A stretch of 32,000 nt of DNA from Escherichia coli (GTDB lineage: Bacteria > Pseudomonadota > Gammaproteobacteria > Enterobacterales > Enterobacteriaceae). This document shows, one piece after another, positions 10,142 to 16,570 of this stretch (position 1 is its first letter; every line of letters begins with the position of its first letter). A model generated the notes under the pieces. It saw nothing but the letters and a program-made list of their open reading frames with translations, did no database searches and had not been told where the DNA came from. The stretch is from NCBI RefSeq assembly GCF_028201635.1, contig NZ_CP116409.1. The stretch is one strand, 5' to 3'. The position numbers and the translations under genes are program-made.

Positions 10142-10438
10142 TCAGTCATTACTGATAGCGCCATAGCGTGAGCGGTAATTACGCAGGCGCGGGTCGATAT
10201 ATTCAGGGAAGTGGGTATATGTGGCTTTGCGGAATGGTCGGATTGATGTCTGGTAAATTCGCTCTCGTTCTTCTTTCTCTGCAAGCCATATACAGTGGCG
10301 AAATTCCTTTTCCTCTTTCGATTCCTGCGGTAGAGACATTATTCGATCGTAGTTTTTTCTGAATTTATCCAGCACTTCCGATACGGAATTGCCGGAACAG
10401 CGGCGTGGGTCATCCGCACCATACAGAGGCGCTGGCAT
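10142..10438 (-). CDS. Hypothetical phage protein (98 aa)
   Basis: Operon-consistent ORF MPAPLYGADDPRRCSGNSVSEVLDKFRKNYDRIMSLPQES.... Confidence 0.6.
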   Translation of the reverse strand: MPAPLYGADDPRRCSGNSVSEVLDKFRKNYDRIMSLPQESKEEKEFRHCIWLAEKEERERIYQTSIRPFRKATYTHFPEYIDPRLRNYRSRYGAISND

Positions 10439-10461
10439 AATGGAATCCTTATATTGCTACT

Positions 10462-10845
10462 TTAGAAGGGAATTGAATCGTCGTATTCAGGATGATTTTG
10501 ATGATTGCTACTTTGCTGCTGTTGGCTGTTTCCTGAAGTTGCAAATCCAATCTTTGCATTCAGTAATTCAAGAGTGATTGATTGACCATTTTGCCCCTGA
10601 TAAACATCAACCCTGATGTTTTCTCCGGTAATTTCTACAATGCCACCTTCAACAAGAACACTACGGTAGTAATCCGCTTGCGCTCCCGGCTTGGCAAATA
10701 CAACGGCGCTGTAGTTTGTCCATTCTTTCTTTTTTGTCTGGCGATCGTAATACTGAACGCCAGCACGGATGTTGAATCCGATATTTTCCCCGGCCTGAAA
10801 CTCTCTTGCGGGTTTGTTTAGTCTTACTGTAATCGAATGTGCCAT
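10462..10845 (-). CDS. Phage single-stranded DNA-binding protein
   Basis: Internal start MAHSITVRLNKPAREFQAGENIGFNIRAGVQYYDRQTKKKEWTNYSAVVFAK... with the acidic C-terminus PEYDDSIPF typical of SSBs. Overlaps the end of the erf-like gene. Confidence 0.8.
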   Translation of the reverse strand: MAHSITVRLNKPAREFQAGENIGFNIRAGVQYYDRQTKKKEWTNYSAVVFAKPGAQADYYRSVLVEGGIVEITGENIRVDVYQGQNGQSITLELLNAKIGFATSGNSQQQQSSNHQNHPEYDDSIPF

Positions 10846-11450
10846 TAAGCAGTTGCCCCTTCTAATTCGTCTCGTCTGATGTTGTAAACGTCCTGCGCTT
10901 TGTGCTGCTCCGGTGTGCCTTCGAGCATCTTCCACGCTTTGGCGAACGCCTGTTTAAGCTCTTCCACGGTGTTTTTCTGCAATGCTGCGTCAGTGAATGC
11001 TTTTAGAACCTGTTCAGGTGTAGGTGATGGTTTTGACTGCTTTGCTGCTGCGTTCTGCTGATGTTTATGCTCGTCTGTATCTGCATCTTTCGCATCATCA
11101 ATGCCGAACAAACCATTGAGGCAATATTTGCGTGCATAAGAGCTTGTAGCTCCCGTAACTTGTGCAGAATCCATTCCTTTCTTGCTTTCTTCCTCTCGTG
11201 CAAGAGCGGTTGCCGTATGACTGTTTTCGCCATCAGTAATAGTTGCCGTTGCTTTCACGTAATACCGATCACCAATCAACACAACTTCATCGCTGATTGA
11301 TAAAAACAGGCCATTCAGTAACGGCTTAACGCCTTCAAGAATGTCTTCGCAGCTTCTGTATTTATATTTGCCGAATGAGTTGTATTGATTCTTTGGCGCG
11401 TTCAGATTCTCCTGAATAGCTGCCAGTCTTGCGTAAAATTCTTTGCTCAT
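10845..11450 (-). CDS. Erf-superfamily single-strand annealing recombinase
   Basis: Internal start MSKEFYARLAAIQENLNAPKNQYNSFGKYKYRSCEDILEGVKPLL..., then MDSAQVTGATSSYARKYCLNGLFGIDD, both typical ERF-family motifs. Confidence 0.88.
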   Translation of the reverse strand: MSKEFYARLAAIQENLNAPKNQYNSFGKYKYRSCEDILEGVKPLLNGLFLSISDEVVLIGDRYYVKATATITDGENSHTATALAREEESKKGMDSAQVTGATSSYARKYCLNGLFGIDDAKDADTDEHKHQQNAAAKQSKPSPTPEQVLKAFTDAALQKNTVEELKQAFAKAWKMLEGTPEQHKAQDVYNIRRDELEGATA

Positions 11451-11460
11451 ATGATTGTTC

Positions 11461-11631
11461 TCAGAATGGACACGGCCCAAGGAAATAACGCTGATTTAAT
11501 ACTTCGACTCGGGACAAATTAAGGCATACCCGCATTCCTTCGCGGTCACCATTATGGCGATACCAGAGAGCTTTCTGCGTGTACATGCGTCTCTGTAACT
11601 TGCTCTCCTTCACTGTGGTTGCAAGTGACAT
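11461..11631 (-). CDS. Small phage protein of unknown function (56 aa), absent from the ORF track
   Basis: Manual translation gives MSLATTVKESKLQRRMYTQKALWYRHNGDREGMRVCLNLSRVEVLNQRYFLGPCPF*; lies between kil and erf-like. Confidence 0.6.
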   Translation of the reverse strand: MSLATTVKESKLQRRMYTQKALWYRHNGDREGMRVCLNLSRVEVLNQRYFLGPCPF

Positions 11632-11710
11632 GAATATCTCCTTCGTTACCGATTAAATCTTTCATCTGACGAATGAATTCTTCGTCTGACCAGTTATCTG
11701 TAAAACTCAT
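11552..11710 (-). CDS. Small acidic phage protein (52 aa), absent from the ORF track
   Basis: Manual translation gives MSFTDNWSDEEFIRQMKDLIGNEGDIHVTCNHSEGEQVTETHVHAESSLVSP*. Its ATG overlaps the kil stop. Confidence 0.5.
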   Translation of the reverse strand: MSFTDNWSDEEFIRQMKDLIGNEGDIHVTCNHSEGEQVTETHVHAESSLVSP

Positions 11711-11859
11711 TTCCTGCGATACCACGGAAGGTTGATAGCTGATTTCATCGCTTTATTTGCTTCAAGCCACATTTTTGAATCACCAATAAATCTGGCTATT
11801 ACTGCTTTGTTTTGTGCTGCACGAAGCATCTGGTGATTGATGGCTATTTCATTGCGCAT
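11707..11859 (-). CDS. kil: Kil-like protein (50 aa), absent from the ORF track
   Basis: MRNEIAINHQMLRAAQNKAVIARFIGDSKMWLEANKAMKSAINLPWYRRK; the FIGDxKMxxEAxxAxK core matches lambda Kil, and it lies directly downstream of cIII. Confidence 0.75.
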   Translation of the reverse strand: MRNEIAINHQMLRAAQNKAVIARFIGDSKMWLEANKAMKSAINLPWYRRK

Positions 11860-11975
11860 AATAAGACCTCTACTCTTTTCCATCCGTCACGTAATTTACG
11901 GGTGATTCGTTCAAGTAAAGATTCATTTAGTTGGAAGGCACCCATGCGAGCGCCTCCCGCGATTGCGTAAATCAT
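11844..11975 (-). CDS. cIII: CIII-like lysogenization protein (43 aa), absent from the ORF track
   Basis: MIYAIAGGARMGAFQLNESLLERITRKLRDGWKRVEVLLCAMK; the ESLLERITRKLRDGWKR core matches lambda CIII. Confidence 0.88.
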   Translation of the reverse strand: MIYAIAGGARMGAFQLNESLLERITRKLRDGWKRVEVLLCAMK

Positions 11976-11999
11976 GGGTGGTTCCTTATGTTGGTTTTA

Positions 12000-12968
12000 T
12001 TAGTAGGTTATTTTTGTTGCGAATACTTCGCCTTTTACGATGGCTGTTATGATATTTTTAGCAACATCTTCTGATGCACCAACCTTGATAAGGTCAGCAA
12101 GTATTTTGTTATTTACTTCTTTCCGGTGAGCTTTATCCTTTGCTCTACGCTCTTCTTCGTCCTTGATTCTTTTTTCTTCTGCTATTCTGGCTTGCTCTTT
12201 TGCTTCAGCCTCGCGACGGATTCGTTCAGCCTCCTCCTGTGCTTTTCTGCGTTCTGCTTCAATTGCTGCCTGCTTTTCTCTTTCAGCTCGTTCTGCTGCC
12301 TCTTTTGCTTCGCGCTGTGCTCGTTGCTCGTCTTCAATGCGTTCACGCTCTGCACGTTCCGCTGCGGCCTTAGCTTCTGCTTCTCGCCTTGCTGCTGCTT
12401 CAATTTCGGCTTTTGCCTTTGCTTCGGCTTCTGCTCTGGCTTTCTCTTCAGCTTCTCTTTTTAAGCGCTCTTCATGCTCTCGCTTTTCCCGCTCCGCTTT
12501 GAGTCTTGCCTCTTCTCTTTGGCGGTCAAATTCGCGATCCATCAAAATCGCTATTTCATGGTCAGACTCAATTTGCTTTGCGAGAGCTTCAGCTGCTGCC
12601 TTAGCTTCTTCTTCGTCTTTAATCCGCGCCTGTTCTTCCTCATAATCAGTAAGAGGCTGGCGCGCCTTGGCTTTCAGCTCATCAAGGCGATCACGCACTG
12701 TCTTGCGGTTAGCATCAATTAGCTTTGGAATTTCTTTCAGTTCAGCAACAAGGTCTTTGCCAAGACCATCGAGATATGTTTTCGTCTGCGCAACTTTATA
12801 CGCCAGAGAAGCGATCTCCTTTCTGCCCTTTGCCGTTGTGATATCAGGCACAAAGGACATAACTTCACGTTCAACCTTTTGGAGAATTTCTTCAATCTGG
12901 TCTGCAGACTGAAATACAGTCATTGCATTTGCTTTTTCAATAACAACTAAGTCTGTTACTTCACTCAT
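12000..12968 (-). CDS. Long charged coiled-coil early protein of P22-like phages
   Basis: Internal start MSEVTDLVVIEKANAMTVFQSADQIEEIL... followed by about 180 residues of E/A/K/R-rich heptad-like repeat. Confidence 0.7.
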   Translation of the reverse strand: MSEVTDLVVIEKANAMTVFQSADQIEEILQKVEREVMSFVPDITTAKGRKEIASLAYKVAQTKTYLDGLGKDLVAELKEIPKLIDANRKTVRDRLDELKAKARQPLTDYEEEQARIKDEEEAKAAAEALAKQIESDHEIAILMDREFDRQREEARLKAEREKREHEERLKREAEEKARAEAEAKAKAEIEAAARREAEAKAAAERAERERIEDEQRAQREAKEAAERAEREKQAAIEAERRKAQEEAERIRREAEAKEQARIAEEKRIKDEEERRAKDKAHRKEVNNKILADLIKVGASEDVAKNIITAIVKGEVFATKITY

Positions 12969-13156
12969 ATATCCTCCATCAAAAAAATCGCCCTCACATC
13001 GGAGGGCAAAGAAGATTTCCAATAATCAGAACAAGTCGGCTCCTGTTTAGTTACGAGCGACATTGCTCCGTGTATTCACTCGTTGGAATGAATACACAGT
13101 GCTGTGTTTATTCTGTTGTTTATGCCAAAAATAAAGGCCGACTATGCGGCCTGAAA

Positions 13157-13579
13157 TTACTTAACCAATGATGCTGCATATTCAATTAGGAATAACTTAG
13201 GTGCAAGCCAAATCTTCAACCATTCGAAATTGAAGGCAATAATTAAAACGCCAATAATTGAGCCAAATATAGGAGCAAATACAGTGCATATATCGTAATA
13301 AAACGAAGATATAAAATATCTATCGTTTGGACATCCATCTAAAGACGTCCATCTCTCGCCATTATTTCTTGCCGTTCTTGCAAAACTAGGAAGTTTCATT
13401 GCTGCAATTAAAAGCAACAACCCAGCCACTTGGAAAAGTGCGCTATGGACAAAACTCCATGTTAGCAACTGACGAACAACATCAGGAATCTGTGCCTGGC
13501 TAAATGAAACAGCCGCGTCTATTCCATTACTGGCTTTTTGCAGAAGTTCTACGAGAATCTTGTTTGCTTGTTCTTCCAT
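13157..13579 (-). CDS. Early-left membrane protein (140 aa), at least two predicted TM segments
   Basis: MEEQANKILVELLQKASNGIDAAVSFSQAQIPDVVRQLL... with hydrophobic segments FQVAGLLLLIAAM and FAPIFGSIIGVLIIAF; RBS-like AGGTG upstream. Confidence 0.65.
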   Translation of the reverse strand: MEEQANKILVELLQKASNGIDAAVSFSQAQIPDVVRQLLTWSFVHSALFQVAGLLLLIAAMKLPSFARTARNNGERWTSLDGCPNDRYFISSFYYDICTVFAPIFGSIIGVLIIAFNFEWLKIWLAPKLFLIEYAASLVK

Positions 13580-13637
13580 ATATCACCTTGATTGTAATAA
13601 GCATGAAATTATTTACGGACAAAAATAAAGGCCACCA

Positions 13638-13838
13638 TCAGGCAGCCTTGTTATTCTGTTTACCAAGTTCTCTGGCAATCATTGCCGTCGTTCGTATTGC
13701 CCATTTATCGACATATTTCCCATCTTCCATTACAGGAAACATTTCTTCAGGCTTAACCATGCATTCCGATTGCAACTTGCATCCATTGCATCGCTTGAAT
13801 TGTCCACACCATTGATTTTTATCAATAGTCGTAGTCAT
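13638..13838 (-). CDS. ral: Restriction alleviation protein Ral (lambda type)
   Basis: 66-aa ORF MTTTIDKNQWCGQFKRCNGCKLQSECMVKPEEMFPVMEDGKYVDKWAIRTTAMIARELGKQNNKAA matches lambda Ral as recalled. Confidence 0.93.
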   Translation of the reverse strand: MTTTIDKNQWCGQFKRCNGCKLQSECMVKPEEMFPVMEDGKYVDKWAIRTTAMIARELGKQNNKAA

Positions 13839-13908
13839 ACGGATAGTCCTGGTATTGTTCCATCACATCCTGAGGATGCTCTTCGAACTCTTCAAATTCT
13901 TCTTCCAT
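13822..13908 (-). CDS. Tiny acidic phage protein (28 aa, DUF2737-like), absent from the ORF track
   Basis: MEEEFEEFEEHPQDVMEQYQDYPYDYDY*, overlapping the ral start, with AGGTG upstream. Confidence 0.7.
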   Translation of the reverse strand: MEEEFEEFEEHPQDVMEQYQDYPYDYDY

Positions 13909-13916
13909 ATATCACC

Positions 13917-14243
13917 TCAAATAAGTGGTTTGCTGCCTAATTTCATTTTCTGGCGACCAACACAAGTCACACCCATTTCACTGCGTGGCTTGCTGTACCA
14001 TGTGCGCTGATTCTTGCGCTCAATACGTTGCAGGTTGCTTTCAATCTGTTCGTGGTATTCAGCCAGCACTGTAAGGTCTATCGGATTCAGTGCGCTTTCT
14101 ACTCGTGATTTTGGTTTGCGATTCAGCGAGAGAATAGGGCGGTTAACTGGTTTTGCGCTTACCCCAACCAACAGGGGATTTGCTGCTTTCCATTGAGCCT
14201 GTTTCTCTGCGCGACGTTCGCGGCGGCGTGTTTGTGCATCCAT
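13917..14243 (-). CDS. N: Antitermination protein N (lambda type)
   Basis: MDAQTRRRERRAEKQAQWKAANPLLVGVSAKPVNRPILSLNRKPKSRVESALNPIDLTVLAEYHEQIESNLQRIERKNQRTWYSKP... is near-identical to lambda N except at the C-terminus. Confidence 0.95.
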   Translation of the reverse strand: MDAQTRRRERRAEKQAQWKAANPLLVGVSAKPVNRPILSLNRKPKSRVESALNPIDLTVLAEYHEQIESNLQRIERKNQRTWYSKPRSEMGVTCVGRQKMKLGSKPLI

Positions 14244-14441
14244 CTGGATTCTCTTGTCAGTTAGCTTTGGTGATTGGATGGCCGGCGCTGAACCCCGGCT
14301 TACTGGTTAGAGCGCCCGCACTACCAGTGACGCTGTCTTGAGGCGCAGATTGGTTACTGCTTGCCATGAGCGCTGTTTATACATTGGTCGAGCATCAGCC
14401 TGCTCATTCATCCAATCCCAAAGCCTTCTGCTTTGAATGCT

Positions 14442-14472
14442 ACCCTTCTTCAGGGCTTAATTTTTAAGAGCG
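14442..14472 (-). promoter_or_regulatory. nutL site (boxA + boxB)
   Basis: The minus strand reads CGCTCTTAAAAATTAAGCCCTGAAGAAGGGT, the lambda nutL arrangement with a boxB hairpin. Confidence 0.9.
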
Positions 14473-14512
14473 TCACCTTCATGGTGGTCAGTGCGTCCTG
14501 CTGATGGCCTAA

Positions 14513-14541
14513 AATATACCTACAGGTAAAACAGCTGTCTA
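14513..14541 (-). promoter_or_regulatory. Putative pL promoter
   Basis: Minus strand TAGACA - 17 nt - TATATT, embedded in operator repeats. Confidence 0.7.
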
Positions 14542-14553
14542 TACCTGTAGGTA
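14517..14553. promoter_or_regulatory. OL operators: TACCTACAGGTA (14517-14528) and TACCTGTAGGTA (14542-14553)
   Basis: Two palindromic 12-mers overlap pL, and one is identical to an operator at OR. Confidence 0.75.
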
Positions 14554-14616
14554 AATAAAATTGATGTAAGAGTTTACCTGCTTGAATTTTCAGGTAATTA
14601 ATTTTTTGGATTGATA

Positions 14617-14640
14617 TAAAAAAGCCCGCTTTGCGGGCTG
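14617..14640 (-). terminator. Rho-independent terminator downstream of the cI-linked ORF
   Basis: Minus strand AGCCCGC AAA GCGGGCT TTTTTTAT. Confidence 0.85.
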
Positions 14641-14650
14641 AAAGGAGATG

Positions 14651-14965
14651 TCAGAAGCTATTTGGATTGCTTGGCCATTGCGGCAATTTTGATTCTACTG
14701 GGGTGTGTTTGGGTTTGAGTCCGTTTAAGTAGTCAAGACGCTCAATGGCGCATTTATACATAGCAATCTGCTCTGATGACATGTCGTCGTATGACATGCC
14801 TTTGAACTTTTTAATTATCGATTCTGCCTCATGTATAAGATGCTTCTTCTTCATGAGTTCAGCTGTATGCTTAGAGCTTACAGGAGATAACTTTGCCCAT
14901 ATGAAGCAGATGATTACAACAGCGACTACTATGCCGGGTATAAACACTTGCTGCTTTATCCTCAA
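14651..14965 (-). CDS. Hypothetical single-TM protein (104 aa) in rex position, probably co-transcribed with cI
   Basis: MRIKQQVFIPGIVVAVVIICFIWAKLSPVSSKHTAELMKKKHLIHEAESIIKKFKGM...; its start overlaps the cI stop by 4 nt and a terminator follows. Confidence 0.65.
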   Translation of the reverse strand: MRIKQQVFIPGIVVAVVIICFIWAKLSPVSSKHTAELMKKKHLIHEAESIIKKFKGMSYDDMSSEQIAMYKCAIERLDYLNGLKPKHTPVESKLPQWPSNPNSF

Positions 14966-15650
14966 ACTTTTGGCAGATCGTCCTGGTCTACGTACCTGGT
15001 GTGTTTCACAATAGCTGAAACAAAATGCATTTTATCAACTTCTTCAACAGGAAGAGTGATTGGGCGGTGATCACTGTTTATGCTACTAAACTGATAATCA
15101 CCGTCTCTTGTTTTGTTCATGATCTTTATCATGTTGTGACCGTCTTTGGTCCTTACAAAGACTTCATCACCTGGATGTACTGGCGTATTTGGTTCAATAA
15201 CAACATATTCTCCTGACTGAATCCTTGGCCACATGCTGTCACCCTTAACCTTCAGACCGTAAGCATCTTTATCGCCGCTGTAGATGCTTAACCAACCGGA
15301 TCTGAATTCAATCATATCCACTGAGCCATCAACTCCCAAAACGGCTTCACCTAATTACCGGAACAAAACCCGCACGAACGTTACCCGCAAACTCAAGATG
15401 GTCTGTAGCTCCAGCTTTACCATCTGCAAGCATGTCCATCCATCCGCGTGGGAGATTAAAAGATTTTTCAATTAGTTCCATCATATCGTCAGCAATGCGT
15501 TTTTTTCCGCTTTTTCCTTCCGGATACAGCATTCTGGAAACGTATGATGGTTCCCTTTCTATTCGACGAGCCAACTCTGAGGCCTTTCCATTACAGTATT
15601 GAATCTCTTATCTCTATCAGCCTTAGTCGTCTTTGTTCGTATTTATCCAT
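14962..15650 (-). pseudogene. cI: CI-type repressor (HTH + S24 peptidase) interrupted by two frameshifts
   Basis: Three frames supply consecutive pieces: MDKYEQRRLRLIEIRDSI... / NGKASELARRIEREPSYVSRMLYPEGKSGKKRI...GNVRAGFVPVI / GEAVLGVDGSVDMIEF...GDSMWPRIQSGEYVVIEP.... Confidence 0.85.
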
Positions 15651-15670
15651 GATTTAATTCTATCTTTGAT

Positions 15671-15722
15671 TACCTGCCGGTAAATAACCTATGGGTATTG
15701 ATTTGCTTTTTACCTACAGGTA
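15671..15722. promoter_or_regulatory. OR operators: TACCTGCCGGTA (15671-15682), AACCTATGGGTA (15686-15697), TACCTACAGGTA (15711-15722)
   Basis: Three related palindromic sites lie in the divergent cI/cro intergenic region. Confidence 0.78.
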
Positions 15723-15726
15723 AACT
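15698..15726 (+). promoter_or_regulatory. Putative pR promoter
   Basis: TTGATT - 17 nt - TAAACT, overlapping operators and upstream of cro. Confidence 0.6.
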
Positions 15727-15759
15727 CATCTTATTCAACAACGGGAAAATAGATAGCAA

Positions 15760-15990
15760 ATGGAAGAACTCCGCTTGTATCTGAACTCCCTTTCACTGGA
15801 AGAGCAGAGAGAATTTGCCACCAAGTGCGGAACTTCTATCGGCTATTTGAGGAAAGCACTTAGCCGTAATCATGAATTGGGCGCAGCACTTTGTGTTCTG
15901 ATTGAGAAGTTCAGCAATGGTGAAGTGACTCGCAAAGACCTTCATCCGGTTGATTGGGAAAGCATCTGGCCTGAATTAATGGCCGCTTAA
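15760..15990 (+). CDS. cro: Cro-type repressor (YdaS/Cro-like HTH)
   Basis: 76-aa ORF MEELRLYLNSLSLEEQREFATKCGTSIGYLRKALSRNHELGAALCVLIEKFSNGEVTRKDLHP, divergent from cI. Confidence 0.8.
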   Translation: MEELRLYLNSLSLEEQREFATKCGTSIGYLRKALSRNHELGAALCVLIEKFSNGEVTRKDLHPVDWESIWPELMAA

Positions 15991-15998
15991 GTTATTAA

Positions 15999-16030
15999 CG
16001 CTCTTACACATCACCGCCCTGAAAAAGGGC
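15999..16030 (+). promoter_or_regulatory. nutR site (boxA + boxB)
   Basis: CGCTCTTACACAT ... GCCCTGAAAAAGGGC, identical to lambda nutR elements as recalled. Confidence 0.92.
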
Positions 16031-16106
16031 ATTACCAGAAACAAATCTCTATGGTTTTGCGTTTCTTTGCGAAGCCAACTCTATCTAATCATTAAGGAAA
16101 TTATCT

Positions 16107-16386
16107 ATGGGTACTATTGCAACTAAAAGCAAGAAAGCGGCTCGCATCGAGTCGGCCTTGCTGAACAAACTGGCACTGATGGGGCAGAAGACATTCGCTC
16201 GCGCGATGGAACTTGGGGAATACCAGGTAAGCCGATGGAAGAATGGTTTCTTCTCGCAGGTAAGCATGATGCTGGCTGTTCTGGAATACTGAATCGAAGA
16301 CGATGAAATGGCTGAATTCGACTAAGCGGCTTGCCGATTACCTGAACAAACAATTTTCCTCAAGAACGGCGAATTCTTCGAGGCCT
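16107..16386 (+). pseudogene. cII: CII-type activator, apparently disrupted; 3' boundary uncertain
   Basis: MGTIATKSKKAARIESALLNKLALMGQKTFARAMELGEYQVSRWKNGFFSQVSMMLAVLEY then TGA; homologous-looking sequence (IEDDEMAE / LTKRLADYL) continues across the stop and a frame change. Confidence 0.65.
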
Positions 16387-16423
16387 GATTGTAGAAAGAC
16401 TGGATCAATCCACAGGAGTCATT

Positions 16424-16570
16424 ATGACAAAACAACTCAGTCCTTACCAGGACAAAATTCACAAACACATACTACGTGATCGCTTCCTGTCCAGCTTCAA
16501 GCAGCCTGGCTGATTTCGGGCTGAGTTGGAAAAAGTGAAGCTGATGCAGAAGGAGAAAGGTCATGAGTAA
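16424..16570 (+). pseudogene. Small post-cII phage ORF with an internal TGA codon
   Basis: [47 protein letters not shown]; the same frame continues past TGA at 16511-16513 to a TAA overlapping the next gene. Confidence 0.6.

Noticed and set aside
10845-11480. Start at 11480 for the Erf-like protein
   Set aside because: The internal MSKEFYARL start at 11450 fits the family; the extension MGRVHSENNH is out-of-frame readthrough of the upstream ORF end.
12100-12560. Repetitive GCTTC/TTCTGC-rich stretch considered as a tandem repeat or CRISPR-like array
   Set aside because: No fixed repeat unit or spacers; it is codon-level repetition of an E/A/K/R coiled coil.
12126-12912. Plus-strand ORFs with extreme Phe/Cys/Ser content
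   Set aside because: They are antisense readings of the repetitive coiled-coil gene, not real proteins or a repeat-containing toxin.
15760-15990. Cro-like ORF considered as the antitoxin of a toxin-antitoxin pair (YdaS-like)
   Set aside because: The position downstream of pR and divergent from cI fits Cro; no partner toxin ORF is present.
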